Shown here: piece after piece, positions 8,514 to 17,303 of the stretch | How the letters are laid out: the number at the start of each line of letters is the position of its first letter | How positions within the stretch are numbered: the first letter of the stretch is position 1 | Assembly: GCA_947380295.1 (NCBI GenBank) | Contig: CANCQK010000002.1 | Span: 10,557 to 74,556 of the forward strand | Length of the DNA stretch: 64,000 nucleotides | Direction of reading: 5' to 3' | Source: Bdellovibrionales bacterium | GTDB taxonomy: Bacteria; Bdellovibrionota; UBA1018 | The notes under the pieces: generated by a model | Told to the model about the DNA's origin: nothing | The model's database searches: none | Seen by the model: the letters and a program-made list of their open reading frames with translations, nothing else | Made by a program: the position numbers and the translations under genes

Positions 8514-10181
8514 ATGAAAATCCGATCTTTTTTGGGGATCTCTTCCCTTGTTTTATTGCTGGGACTGAGATCCGCCTGGGCTCAACCTGAGAGGCAGGTT
8601 GAGCATTACTCATCTCGTCCTTCCATTCAATGTGTGGCTTCTGTTTCTCATTCAGATCTTTTTGAGAAATCCTGGCCCACACTTAAACAGGCCCAGTTAG
8701 AGTTTGTCGCTCAGGTTCTAGGGCTGTACCCAAGTGATGAAATTTATTTCTTAGCTCGGGATTCGGAGCTTTTCTTTGACCTCAGCGTACTCCTCATGGG
8801 AGTAGAAGATCGGACTCAATTGAGTCGCTTGCATCTTGTCAACGTTTCTCGGTCACATCTCGGAGCCCCGTTTCTTTTTGACTACTTGGAGCAAGAAGGG
8901 GTCTCCTACGAGGGTCTTCGTTCGGGGAAACGCTATCTTTTTGTCGATACAGGATTTACTGGCTCGATTCCTAGAAAGATCCTGAAACAGTTCACTAGTC
9001 ATCTGGGTCCAGAAGTGGGGGCACAATTTCATTGCCACTTTGTGTCTTCGATGAATCCCAGAATCCCTTCATCTCGCATTTTTTTAGCGACGCTCAGCCC
9101 TGCATCCGTGGGTCATGATCCGGGGTGGATGCGGAACACTGTCTTAGAGTACGAGTATCTCCATCGATTCAACTTTCGCTCCACCGAGTACGACTGGGTA
9201 GACGAGCGGTGGGAGCCCGCGGCTCCGCGCACAGATCAGGTCGAGAATGATGGTAAGGTTTCTCGGCCCGAGGCACTTCGGTATATGGAGGATCTTAAAG
9301 CCTATTCTGAGTTGGAGTCGACTCGTGCTCTATTTCGTGCTCGTCTCCACCTTTGGCAGCAGTTGAGGGAGGCAGCGGAGAACTCCGAACAAAGCGAGTT
9401 GGTTGCGTTGCTGAAGGCCCTGCTGGTTCGGCAGGATCTCCCAGGAGAGGCCATCGTTCGAGATTTTTTGGAATGGCAGGGCAAGGTTCTGTCTATTTTT
9501 ATTGAACTGGATGAGCTGGGGCTGATGCCCGAACATAGCATGGGTCCGAGTTCAAATAAGCGCCAGCTGATCCTGAAGTGCCCTCACTGGCGATCGATCT
9601 TAGAAGATCCGATCATTGAAGTCCCAAAGATCGTCGAAAATGGTGATTTTTTGAATTTGAACCGAATTCTGGACGTCCTTGATGATGTCCAAATTCAAAA
9701 AATAATCTTTCGCGCATTGGCGGGGCCTTTTCCGACCGAAGAAATTAAATTTGAAGCTAGAAAAAGTCTCCTCGCTCGAATTGACTTAGATAAAGGCAAA
9801 GAGCGAGAATGGATCGCTTTAGAGACCTTTTCTCAGGCCAGTTCTGTTGATTTAGGTCAGGTGCTCAATCGACTCATTGATGAGGGAGACTCTCAGGTTT
9901 GGTCTATTTTAGTGCTGAACGCATTTAAAAAACCCCATTCCATTGCCTGGAAATCTGAGCTTAACCTGCTTTTAGAGGTGGCTGAACCCGTTCATTTAAT
10001 TCAAATATTTTGTCACCCTCATTCCAAGGATTGGGGGGATGAGTTGGCTACTCTGACCGAACGGTGTGATCTAAAAATTCTGGATTTTATTTGGCGGCGG
10101 GTGTTGTCCAGACCTCATTCAATCGACTGGGGAGTAGGTGTATTCCTACTGGTTGAAGAGAGAATTAAAAAGTTAAGGTAA
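8514..10181 (+). CDS. hypothetical secreted protein (555 aa)
   Basis: N-terminal signal peptide (LVLLLGLRSAWA-QPE). I recognise no known domain. Confidence 0.45.
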   Translation: MKIRSFLGISSLVLLLGLRSAWAQPERQVEHYSSRPSIQCVASVSHSDLFEKSWPTLKQAQLEFVAQVLGLYPSDEIYFLARDSELFFDLSVLLMGVEDRTQLSRLHLVNVSRSHLGAPFLFDYLEQEGVSYEGLRSGKRYLFVDTGFTGSIPRKILKQFTSHLGPEVGAQFHCHFVSSMNPRIPSSRIFLATLSPASVGHDPGWMRNTVLEYEYLHRFNFRSTEYDWVDERWEPAAPRTDQVENDGKVSRPEALRYMEDLKAYSELESTRALFRARLHLWQQLREAAENSEQSELVALLKALLVRQDLPGEAIVRDFLEWQGKVLSIFIELDELGLMPEHSMGPSSNKRQLILKCPHWRSILEDPIIEVPKIVENGDFLNLNRILDVLDDVQIQKIIFRALAGPFPTEEIKFEARKSLLARIDLDKGKEREWIALETFSQASSVDLGQVLNRLIDEGDSQVWSILVLNAFKKPHSIAWKSELNLLLEVAEPVHLIQIFCHPHSKDWGDELATLTERCDLKILDFIWRRVLSRPHSIDWGVGVFLLVEERIKKLR

Positions 10182-10222
10182 ACATCTGAGATGGGTTTAG
10201 TTCAGCATCGATCTGATCTCTG

Positions 10223-11404
10223 CTACGACCAGTAACTCCAGGGTACAACAGCGATTCCTCGTTTTGGGACTTCAATCGAGTTCACTGGCGCGACTATGAT
10301 ACCTTGTTTCGCTCCTAGTGCCTTCATAGCGCCACTCATCGCTCGCTCGTAATAGCCCATCGAACTTGTAGTTACGGCCTCAGCAATGATTCGGATCGGT
10401 ATCTCATCCCAAACTAGATCAATGACCGCCCCTTTTGCGCTCTTGAAGTAAAGCTTTTGAAGTGGCTTGCCTTGATATTCATTGAAACAGAAAATCTCAT
10501 TCAAAATCATATGTCGAGCCAAAGAGAGCAAAGTCCCAGGGCCGCTTTTTTGGCGAGCTAGGTGATATGCCAAGCCGGCATCCCCAAAAATCCAATGATC
10601 ATTCCCAACTCCTGATTCGTGACAGGTAAACCGCCTTAAGAAGAATATATCCTGAAGTGCCTGGATATATTTTTTTGCCTTGCGCTTATCACTAGAAACA
10701 TATGCCAAAGATGGATACTCTCCCTCAGGCAGCGCCTTAGCAAGCATCCTCACTAATGAGATACAATACTCCGGGTCAAATCCTCTGCCATACGCTTTCT
10801 GAGCATCCCGAGCCAAAGTCGTATCCAACCACTGATCCCAGTAGGACCCTCGAACTTGATCGTCCCGCAAAAACGCAGGCACGGGCAGTCCACCCAGATT
10901 CATTTGGAGAGATAGATCTTCTACAGAAAAGCGAAGGTTGCACTCACCTTTCAGGATTGGCCCGGCTTGATTCATCCTGAATGTCGTAGGTTTTAACTCG
11001 GCAAGGCAAAGAGGATAAAGATGCACCATCCCAATCCTGCCAGTCAGCGATTCTCGAATTCCCACTTTGTTTGAGAATGCCACAGAGCCTGATAGGAACC
11101 AGCGGCCCGGAATTTTTCTTCGATCGACCAACGCCTTAAGTGAGTCAAAAAGCACAGGCACCTTCTGCACCTCATCCAAAACCGTAGGCCCGCCTGAATG
11201 GCGTGATAGAAAAACCTTGGGGGAAAGCTCTGCCTCACTCCTGACCTCCGCATCATCAAAAGTAAGATAATTTGGGATCTGAATCCGATCTCTGAGTAGA
11301 GTGGACTTACCCACCTGCCTGAGTCCCAAAACTCCGATAATTGGCCAAAAAGAAGCCATTTTTCTTAGGTATGTTTCAGCCCATCGTTCTCTTTGGTGCG
11401 GCAT
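10223..11404 (-). CDS. AAA_14-type ATPase with C-terminal DUF4143 domain (paralogue A)
   Basis: Walker A GLRQVGKSTLL, Walker B VLDEVQ, the IRESLTGR motif, and FGDAGL in the C-terminal domain. Confidence 0.7.
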   Translation of the reverse strand: MPHQRERWAETYLRKMASFWPIIGVLGLRQVGKSTLLRDRIQIPNYLTFDDAEVRSEAELSPKVFLSRHSGGPTVLDEVQKVPVLFDSLKALVDRRKIPGRWFLSGSVAFSNKVGIRESLTGRIGMVHLYPLCLAELKPTTFRMNQAGPILKGECNLRFSVEDLSLQMNLGGLPVPAFLRDDQVRGSYWDQWLDTTLARDAQKAYGRGFDPEYCISLVRMLAKALPEGEYPSLAYVSSDKRKAKKYIQALQDIFFLRRFTCHESGVGNDHWIFGDAGLAYHLARQKSGPGTLLSLARHMILNEIFCFNEYQGKPLQKLYFKSAKGAVIDLVWDEIPIRIIAEAVTTSSMGYYERAMSGAMKALGAKQGIIVAPVNSIEVPKRGIAVVPWSYWS

Positions 11405-11566
11405 AAACCTCGCAATTCATTTTTTCGAACCCAGCACTCAGATCACTAGGAAACAAAAGGGATGTAAAACTCTAAGTGCTGCTATTTTTTCACCCAATCT
11501 TGTACTAAAAGGGTAGCACTTATCGGAGAGGTAGGCACTGTTTTTCTTTTTCAGTCTAAGTAGGTG

Positions 11567-12769
11567 TCAAATTAAGGCATTCCACGGCAATGAAGCGAGG
11601 CGGGTATGGAGTACCTTCGTTTCTTTTCCAAGATGAACGATGAGGGCGTAGCCTGATGGGTGAGCTTTTAGGAAGCTCTCTGCGCTTTTCAGCGAAGAAA
11701 GCGATGCCTGACGATCTAAAGTGGGGATAATCGCTAGGGGGCGTCCAAATGCCTGAAAAATAAGCGGTACGTAGGCGCCTCCTCGAGTCCTATAAGAGTG
11801 CGTCGAATATTGAAGACCATCAGTGTAGTGATAGCCTTCGCGAAGGTTGCAGAACAGAAAGTGCGTAAATCCTTGGAGAGTTAGAAACTCGCTGGATTGG
11901 TTAGTTAAAAACTTTGCTAGCCCTGCGTCTTCAAAATAAAATGTATCTGGAGTGGACTGCCCGAGCTGACTCATTGGACGGATTAAAAATAATGCTTCTA
12001 GTGCAGAAAAAAGCTTTTTTAAAGTGATCGTAGAAATGCCTGTTTCTCGTCTGAGTGATTCCCAATGGAGAATGGATCCTTGTGTGCGGGCTAGGGTAGA
12101 GATGAGGGCCAGAAGAGTCATTTTTGGAAGAGTAGTTTCAACGATGAGGCGCAAATCTCGATCGAGCAAAGTGTCGAGATGGGTTCTGAATTTGCTTGCT
12201 CGGTGCTGAGCGTTGCGCCCAAAACAAATTCCAGGTAGACCCCCCAGCTCAAGGTAGCGAATCATTCCACTTTCGCTTTCTGAAAGTCTTGGTTTGAGTT
12301 CTCGCGTTAGAGCGCTGAGCCCTTTTTGGTGGAGTTCGATGAGGAGTGGGTTCAACGGAAGTGAATGAGATTCAGACCAGGTCATCGGTAGTAGTTCAGT
12401 GATGAGAACTCGTCCTGTCAGTGATTCCCGAATTGCTTTCCTACTCGTAAAGCGGACTGAGCCGGTGAGCAAAAATTGACCCGGCTTCTTGTGCGTGCGT
12501 ACATAGTCTTTTAGCGCCGGGAAAAGCCGTGGCGAAAGCTGACATTCGTCAATCATGAACGGTGCAGGGCGGTTAGAAATGAAGTCATTGGGACCGCTTT
12601 CACAAAGCGTGAGGTCTTCCTCGCGATCCAAGGTTCGCATGTCCTGACTGAGGTGTTCGCAAAGAGTTGTTTTGCCGGTTTGGCGATGGCCAATTACCCC
12701 AACGATGGAAGACGCCTTGAGTGCTTGAACAACGATCGGAGTGAGATGTCTTTTTCGCTCATGGGGCAT
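11567..12769 (-). CDS. AAA_14-type ATPase with C-terminal DUF4143 domain (paralogue B)
   Basis: Walker A GHRQTGKTTL, Walker B MIDECQ, IRESLTGR, and FEDAGL. Its N-terminus MPHERKR parallels MPHQRER in paralogue A. Confidence 0.7.
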   Translation of the reverse strand: MPHERKRHLTPIVVQALKASSIVGVIGHRQTGKTTLCEHLSQDMRTLDREEDLTLCESGPNDFISNRPAPFMIDECQLSPRLFPALKDYVRTHKKPGQFLLTGSVRFTSRKAIRESLTGRVLITELLPMTWSESHSLPLNPLLIELHQKGLSALTRELKPRLSESESGMIRYLELGGLPGICFGRNAQHRASKFRTHLDTLLDRDLRLIVETTLPKMTLLALISTLARTQGSILHWESLRRETGISTITLKKLFSALEALFLIRPMSQLGQSTPDTFYFEDAGLAKFLTNQSSEFLTLQGFTHFLFCNLREGYHYTDGLQYSTHSYRTRGGAYVPLIFQAFGRPLAIIPTLDRQASLSSLKSAESFLKAHPSGYALIVHLGKETKVLHTRLASLPWNALI

Positions 12770-12789
12770 GATTAAAGTTTAACTCTAAA

Positions 12790-12843
12790 AAAGGGTTCCT
12801 GTCAAATTTGATACCCCCCTACTGAAAATGACAGGAACCCTTT
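12790..12843. repeat. perfect 15-bp inverted repeat with a 24-nt loop, just upstream of the ATPase paralogue B start and in the divergent region before the fadL-like gene
   Basis: aaagggttcctgtca at 12790-12804 and tgacaggaacccttt at 12829-12843, read directly. On the minus strand it is followed by a T-run and then the start codon at 12769. Confidence 0.5.
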
Positions 12844-13065
12844 AAACAGTGGCCTCCTCAGTGTGAATTGCGCACCTAGTCAATATTTCGGGCTGTAATG
12901 GGGCCGTTGTGCCTGGCGAGGTTACCTGTTTTGGTTGACTCGGTCCGTAAGTCGATCAGCCAGCTGACTCAGAACAGACTTGCTCCCGAGTCTGATTTGC
13001 GAAATAGTGGCTCCCTGCGTCGAACGGCCCAAAAGGGCCAGCGAGCGCGACTGGAGGGAGATCTC

Positions 13066-14514
13066 ATGGGTCTAAAAAATAGATTTTCGGGTAGGGGCCT
13101 TTTCTGTGCCTGGGCGCTTTCTGCTTTTTTTGTGCAAGGGCTGGGTCTGGGCCGTGAGGCTCAGGCTAATGTGGGTGATTTTGTAGGATTTGGGGCCCGG
13201 ACGATGGCGCTCGGTGGAGCTGGCGTAGCCGGTGATACGGGTGGTTTTGCGGCTTACCACAATCCGGCAGCTTTGGCAGGGTTGGGTAAAGAGCGGCTGA
13301 CTCTCAGCTACGGCTTGGTTTTTGTGCGGCCCCAGTTTCTGCCGATTTCCGATGTCGTGACCCAAAATGACTACGTTGCAGATTCGTCGCCGCCCCTCTC
13401 CGGCACGGTCGACACCCAGTATCGGGATACCTTCGGTCAGGTGTTGGGATTGTCCTTTGAGCTTTTGCCCGATGTAGGTCACCTCACCGTTGGATTAGTC
13501 ACCTTTTTACCTCTGAATCAGTTGGCCTATATGGATTCGGGGCAGCCCTATATTCCTGAGTATTTTCTGTATCGCTCCAGAACTCAGCGGCCTCAGGTTG
13601 AGTTAGGCGCTGGATATCAGGTTCTTCCGAGCTTACGAGTGGGGGCGGGGCTTCATACCGGATTCGGGCTGACCGGGAATGCGAGCGTCTTTATGAATAC
13701 GGCGGCCAACCGGATTTCAACGATGACCTTTGCAGCCAGTCTTAAGCCCGTTTTTTCAGGGTATGTTGGGGTTTTGTGGACACCTGGTGCTGAAGAGGGC
13801 AAGCAGGAGGGGGCCTTAAATTTAGGGCTCGTTTACCGGATGGCAGCATCCTCTGATATGGTCTTGCCTATGACTGCCTCGGCTCGGGTCTTGGGGACAA
13901 CTCCAGCCGCTGTTGATCTTATTTTTACTGCCGCATCCTCCCTCTACTACGATCCTGCTGCCTTAGAGTCTGGCGTCAGTTTCAAAACCGGTGACCATCG
14001 TTGGGTCGCTCAGGTGGATTATCAGATTTGGAGTGCTTACAAGACTGCCGCTCTGAGTATGTCCCAAGGGACTGCCACCTCGGGTGGATCGCAGGGGCTG
14101 ATTCAAATTAATCCGGGCATTCTGCCTTCTTATGTTTACTCTAACATCGTGGTGCCGCGCGCAGGTTGGGAGTGGAACTTGAACCGTGGGAATACCGTAC
14201 GATTGGGGTACTCCTACCGCCCAAGCGTCTTGAAAGAGGTTTCAAATGGAGTCGGCAATGCCTTAGATCCGTCCAAGCATCTGGTGACCGCTGGCTGGGG
14301 TTTTCATTTTGATAGTTTCTTAGGGTATTCGGTTCCCGTTCAGTTGGATCTCGCTCTGAATTACCAACAACTCATGACCCAATCCATTGCCAAGGACTCA
14401 AACGGTAATGAAGCGGGTATTACAGCCAACAGCCAGCAAAAGATTGGCTATCCGGGATATAATGCGGGTGGACGCCTCTTCGGCGGTGCTGTATCTTTAG
14501 CCTTGGCTTTTTAA
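13066..14514 (+). CDS. fadL: FadL/TodX-family outer-membrane long-chain fatty acid and hydrophobic compound transporter
   Basis: Signal peptide, then GFGARTMALGGAGVAGDTGGFAAYHNPAALA (FadL N-terminal signature). C-terminal aromatic residue. A fatty-acid CoA ligase gene lies downstream. A GGAGG Shine-Dalgarno sequence precedes the 13066 ATG. Confidence 0.7.
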   Translation: MGLKNRFSGRGLFCAWALSAFFVQGLGLGREAQANVGDFVGFGARTMALGGAGVAGDTGGFAAYHNPAALAGLGKERLTLSYGLVFVRPQFLPISDVVTQNDYVADSSPPLSGTVDTQYRDTFGQVLGLSFELLPDVGHLTVGLVTFLPLNQLAYMDSGQPYIPEYFLYRSRTQRPQVELGAGYQVLPSLRVGAGLHTGFGLTGNASVFMNTAANRISTMTFAASLKPVFSGYVGVLWTPGAEEGKQEGALNLGLVYRMAASSDMVLPMTASARVLGTTPAAVDLIFTAASSLYYDPAALESGVSFKTGDHRWVAQVDYQIWSAYKTAALSMSQGTATSGGSQGLIQINPGILPSYVYSNIVVPRAGWEWNLNRGNTVRLGYSYRPSVLKEVSNGVGNALDPSKHLVTAGWGFHFDSFLGYSVPVQLDLALNYQQLMTQSIAKDSNGNEAGITANSQQKIGYPGYNAGGRLFGGAVSLALAF

Positions 14515-14557
14515 GCTCGGAGTATCGAGCGAGAAAAGCGAGAGAGGATTTTTTAAG

Positions 14558-15037
14558 ATGGCTGCGGACCAAAAATCGGGTGAAAAGCTCATTGCAACCA
14601 ACCCGAACGCACATGCTAATTATTTCATTGAAGAAGTCGTAGAGGCCGGTATCGTATTAACTGGAACTGAGGCCAAAAGCCTGAGAAACCAGTCGCCTAA
14701 TCTAAAAGATTCTTATGTTGAAGTGACTTCAACCGGTAAAAAGTTTGAAGCCTGGTTGCTGAATACTCATATCGGTCCCTACTCCCACGGCAATATCTGG
14801 AATCATGTTGCCACCCGCAGGCGCAAGCTCCTTTTGCACCACTATCAGCTCGAGCGGCTTCACGGCGCGGTGATTCAAAAAGGGATGACGATCGTTCCGA
14901 TTAAAATGTACTTTAAGAAGGGCCTCGCCAAAATTGAGATTGGTGTGGGTAAGGGTAAGAAAAAGCACGACAAGCGTGAGGATATTAAGCGCAAGACTGC
15001 TGAGCGCGAGATGGAAGTTGAAATGAGTCGCCGGTAA
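14558..15037 (+). CDS. smpB: SsrA-binding protein SmpB
   Basis: IATNPNAHANYFIEE...GTEAKSLR and a C-terminal basic tail. Confidence 0.9.
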   Translation: MAADQKSGEKLIATNPNAHANYFIEEVVEAGIVLTGTEAKSLRNQSPNLKDSYVEVTSTGKKFEAWLLNTHIGPYSHGNIWNHVATRRRKLLLHHYQLERLHGAVIQKGMTIVPIKMYFKKGLAKIEIGVGKGKKKHDKREDIKRKTAEREMEVEMSRR

Positions 15038-15078
15038 TTGCATTGTGAAAAGCCCGAGGCATCTTCCTGCCTTGCTAA

Positions 15079-17001
15079 ATGCAAAATTTACGAGATATAA
15101 CGAGAAGTCCTATGGGCTTTATTGTTCGGAAGACGATCACCGAAACTTATCTTGAACGAGTAAAAACTTCTCCCGGTCTTATCGGATTTCAATTCAGGCC
15201 GACCTATCCTGAGATGGGCCCCGTGGGGAAGTGGAAAAAAGTCACATTTAAAGAATTTCATCAGGAATGTCGCTTGGTCTCCTTTGGCCTGATGGGTCTT
15301 GGTATTCAGCAGGGGGATCGAGTCGCAATCATTTCGAACACTCGTTACGAGTGGTCCCTTGTAGATCTGGCTATCTTGGGTGCTGGAGCGGTGACGGTTC
15401 CGATCTATGCATCGAATACGGCAGAGGATACCGCTTACATCTTAGAGCACTCCGAAGCGCGAGTTGCATTGGTCGAAGATTTCAGTCAGCTTTCTAAGAT
15501 CATTGAAAAGCGGGCAGAAAACCCGGCAGCGTTTCCCGCTCTGGAGAAGGTCGTGGTTTTCGAACCTTCAGCAGTGGCTTTGGCGCTGAGAGACGGACGA
15601 GGCTTTAAGGCAGCGTTGACTCTGCAGGCACTCAAGGAGCTGGGGCGGAGAGAAGAGGGTCGCAATCCCGCGCGATTCGAGGATCAGCTCAAAAATGCAC
15701 AGCCCAGCGATCTCATCACGATTTGTTATACCTCTGGAACAACAGGCACACCAAAGGGGGTTCAGCTCACTCATGATAACCTCATGAGTGTTTTGGAGGA
15801 TTGCGTAGCAGTGCTGCGTAAATCGGTTCGCCCTGAGGCCGAGGTGGTCTTAGCGTTTCTCCCTTTCTCCCATATTTTTGGAAAAGTAGAGGCCATGGCC
15901 ATTTATACCTTCGGATGGAAATGCGTCTACTCCGAGGGGAGTGGTCAATGGATGAGCGATCTTTTGGAGATTCAGCCCACCTTGATTTTTTCGGTCCCAC
16001 GATTTTTTGAAAAAGTTTACGCCCAAATTCGATTTAAGATAGAACTCTCTCCTATCCATCGAAGGCGACTCTTTGATCGAGCGTTTGAGGCCGGAAAGCG
16101 CTACTACGACGCGATCTGGGCCAAAAAGCGACCAACGCTTTTTGAGCAGCTGGAGTTTGGGGTTGCCAAGCGATTGGTGTTTCAGAAGTTAGCGGCTCGG
16201 TTTGGCGGCAATCTTCGGTTTGCGATTTGCGGGGGGGCTCCTTTGCCGCGCGAATTAGGGGAGTTTTTTGAGATCATTGGGGTCAAGGTGCTTGAGGGCT
16301 ATGGTCTGACGGAAACCTGCGCGCCCATCGCGGTGAACTCGGTCCAAGAAACGCGGTTTGGGGCCGTGGGGCGTCCCTTGCCTGAGGTCACGCTGAAAAC
16401 TGCTGAAGACGGCGAGATTTTGGTTAAATCTCGCAAAGTTTTTTCGGCCTACTACAAAATGCCCGAAGAAACCGCTCATGTCCTAGTCGACGGATGGTTT
16501 CATACGGGGGACATCGGTTATTTGGACTCGGATGGCTTCCTTCACATCACAGACCGTAAAAAAGACCTGATTGTCACCAGTGGAGGAAAGAACATTGCTC
16601 CTCAAAAAATCGAGAACCTCGCAAGTGCTCAGAAAGTCATTAGCCAGTTCGTCGTCCTGGGTGATCGACGAAATTATCTTTCGGCCTTAATTACTCTGGA
16701 TCGAGAACGAGTGATTCAATTTGCCAACGAGAGTCAGATTTTATTTAGTGAATACAGTGAGTTAATTAAAAACTCTAAGGTCATCACTTGGGTTCAAAAA
16801 ATGGTGGATGAGATCAATCGCCCTCTCGCGAACTTTGAGAAGATCAAAAAGTTTATTATTTTACCGAACGACTTTACAGTAGAAGGGGGAGAGCTTACCC
16901 CCTCTCTTAAAGTTCGACGAACCGCAGTCCATCAGAAGTATCAACGCGAGCTAGACACCCTCTATGCTGATGCGATGCGCGTCTCAGTTGACTCCGTTTG
17001 A
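15079..17001 (+). CDS. long-chain fatty acid--CoA ligase (AMP-binding enzyme); start possibly at 15112
   Basis: AMP-binding motif ITICYTSGTTGTPKGV. Size and context next to the fadL-like gene. Confidence 0.8.
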   Translation: MQNLRDITRSPMGFIVRKTITETYLERVKTSPGLIGFQFRPTYPEMGPVGKWKKVTFKEFHQECRLVSFGLMGLGIQQGDRVAIISNTRYEWSLVDLAILGAGAVTVPIYASNTAEDTAYILEHSEARVALVEDFSQLSKIIEKRAENPAAFPALEKVVVFEPSAVALALRDGRGFKAALTLQALKELGRREEGRNPARFEDQLKNAQPSDLITICYTSGTTGTPKGVQLTHDNLMSVLEDCVAVLRKSVRPEAEVVLAFLPFSHIFGKVEAMAIYTFGWKCVYSEGSGQWMSDLLEIQPTLIFSVPRFFEKVYAQIRFKIELSPIHRRRLFDRAFEAGKRYYDAIWAKKRPTLFEQLEFGVAKRLVFQKLAARFGGNLRFAICGGAPLPRELGEFFEIIGVKVLEGYGLTETCAPIAVNSVQETRFGAVGRPLPEVTLKTAEDGEILVKSRKVFSAYYKMPEETAHVLVDGWFHTGDIGYLDSDGFLHITDRKKDLIVTSGGKNIAPQKIENLASAQKVISQFVVLGDRRNYLSALITLDRERVIQFANESQILFSEYSELIKNSKVITWVQKMVDEINRPLANFEKIKKFIILPNDFTVEGGELTPSLKVRRTAVHQKYQRELDTLYADAMRVSVDSV

Positions 17002-17047
17002 AGATTTAGATAGAACCATGTTTTCGTTTGCGCAATAAGGAGTGAAA

Positions 17048-17278
17048 ATGGCCCGAGTTACTATCGAAGATTGTTTAGATCATGTGACCAATATGTACGA
17101 ACTCGTTCACCTGGCTACCAAGCGTGCTCGCCAGCTCTACAAGGGCGCTGATCCTCTCGTAAAAAGTAAAAACCGTATTATCGTCACCGCCTTGCGCGAA
17201 ATCGCTGCTGGCCGTGTCAGAGCCGTCGTTCGCACTGCTCAGGACATTGAAGACGAAATGCCAGAAATGGCTAACTAA
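17048..17278 (+). CDS. rpoZ: DNA-directed RNA polymerase subunit omega
   Basis: [30 protein letters not shown]. Confidence 0.85.
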   Translation: MARVTIEDCLDHVTNMYELVHLATKRARQLYKGADPLVKSKNRIIVTALREIAAGRVRAVVRTAQDIEDEMPEMAN

Positions 17279-17287
17279 ACTTTGCTC

Positions 17288-17303
17288 AGGCCAGTTTTGG
17301 CCT
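17288..17303. terminator. short hairpin (aggcca-gttt-tggcct) between convergent rpoZ and ppx; possible bidirectional terminator
   Basis: 6-bp stem read directly. No clean U-tract on either strand, so weak. Confidence 0.25.

Noticed and set aside
14515-15078. Looked for tmRNA (ssrA) adjacent to smpB
   Set aside because: The intergenic spaces around smpB are under 45 nt. No tRNA-like or ssrA-like sequence is present here.
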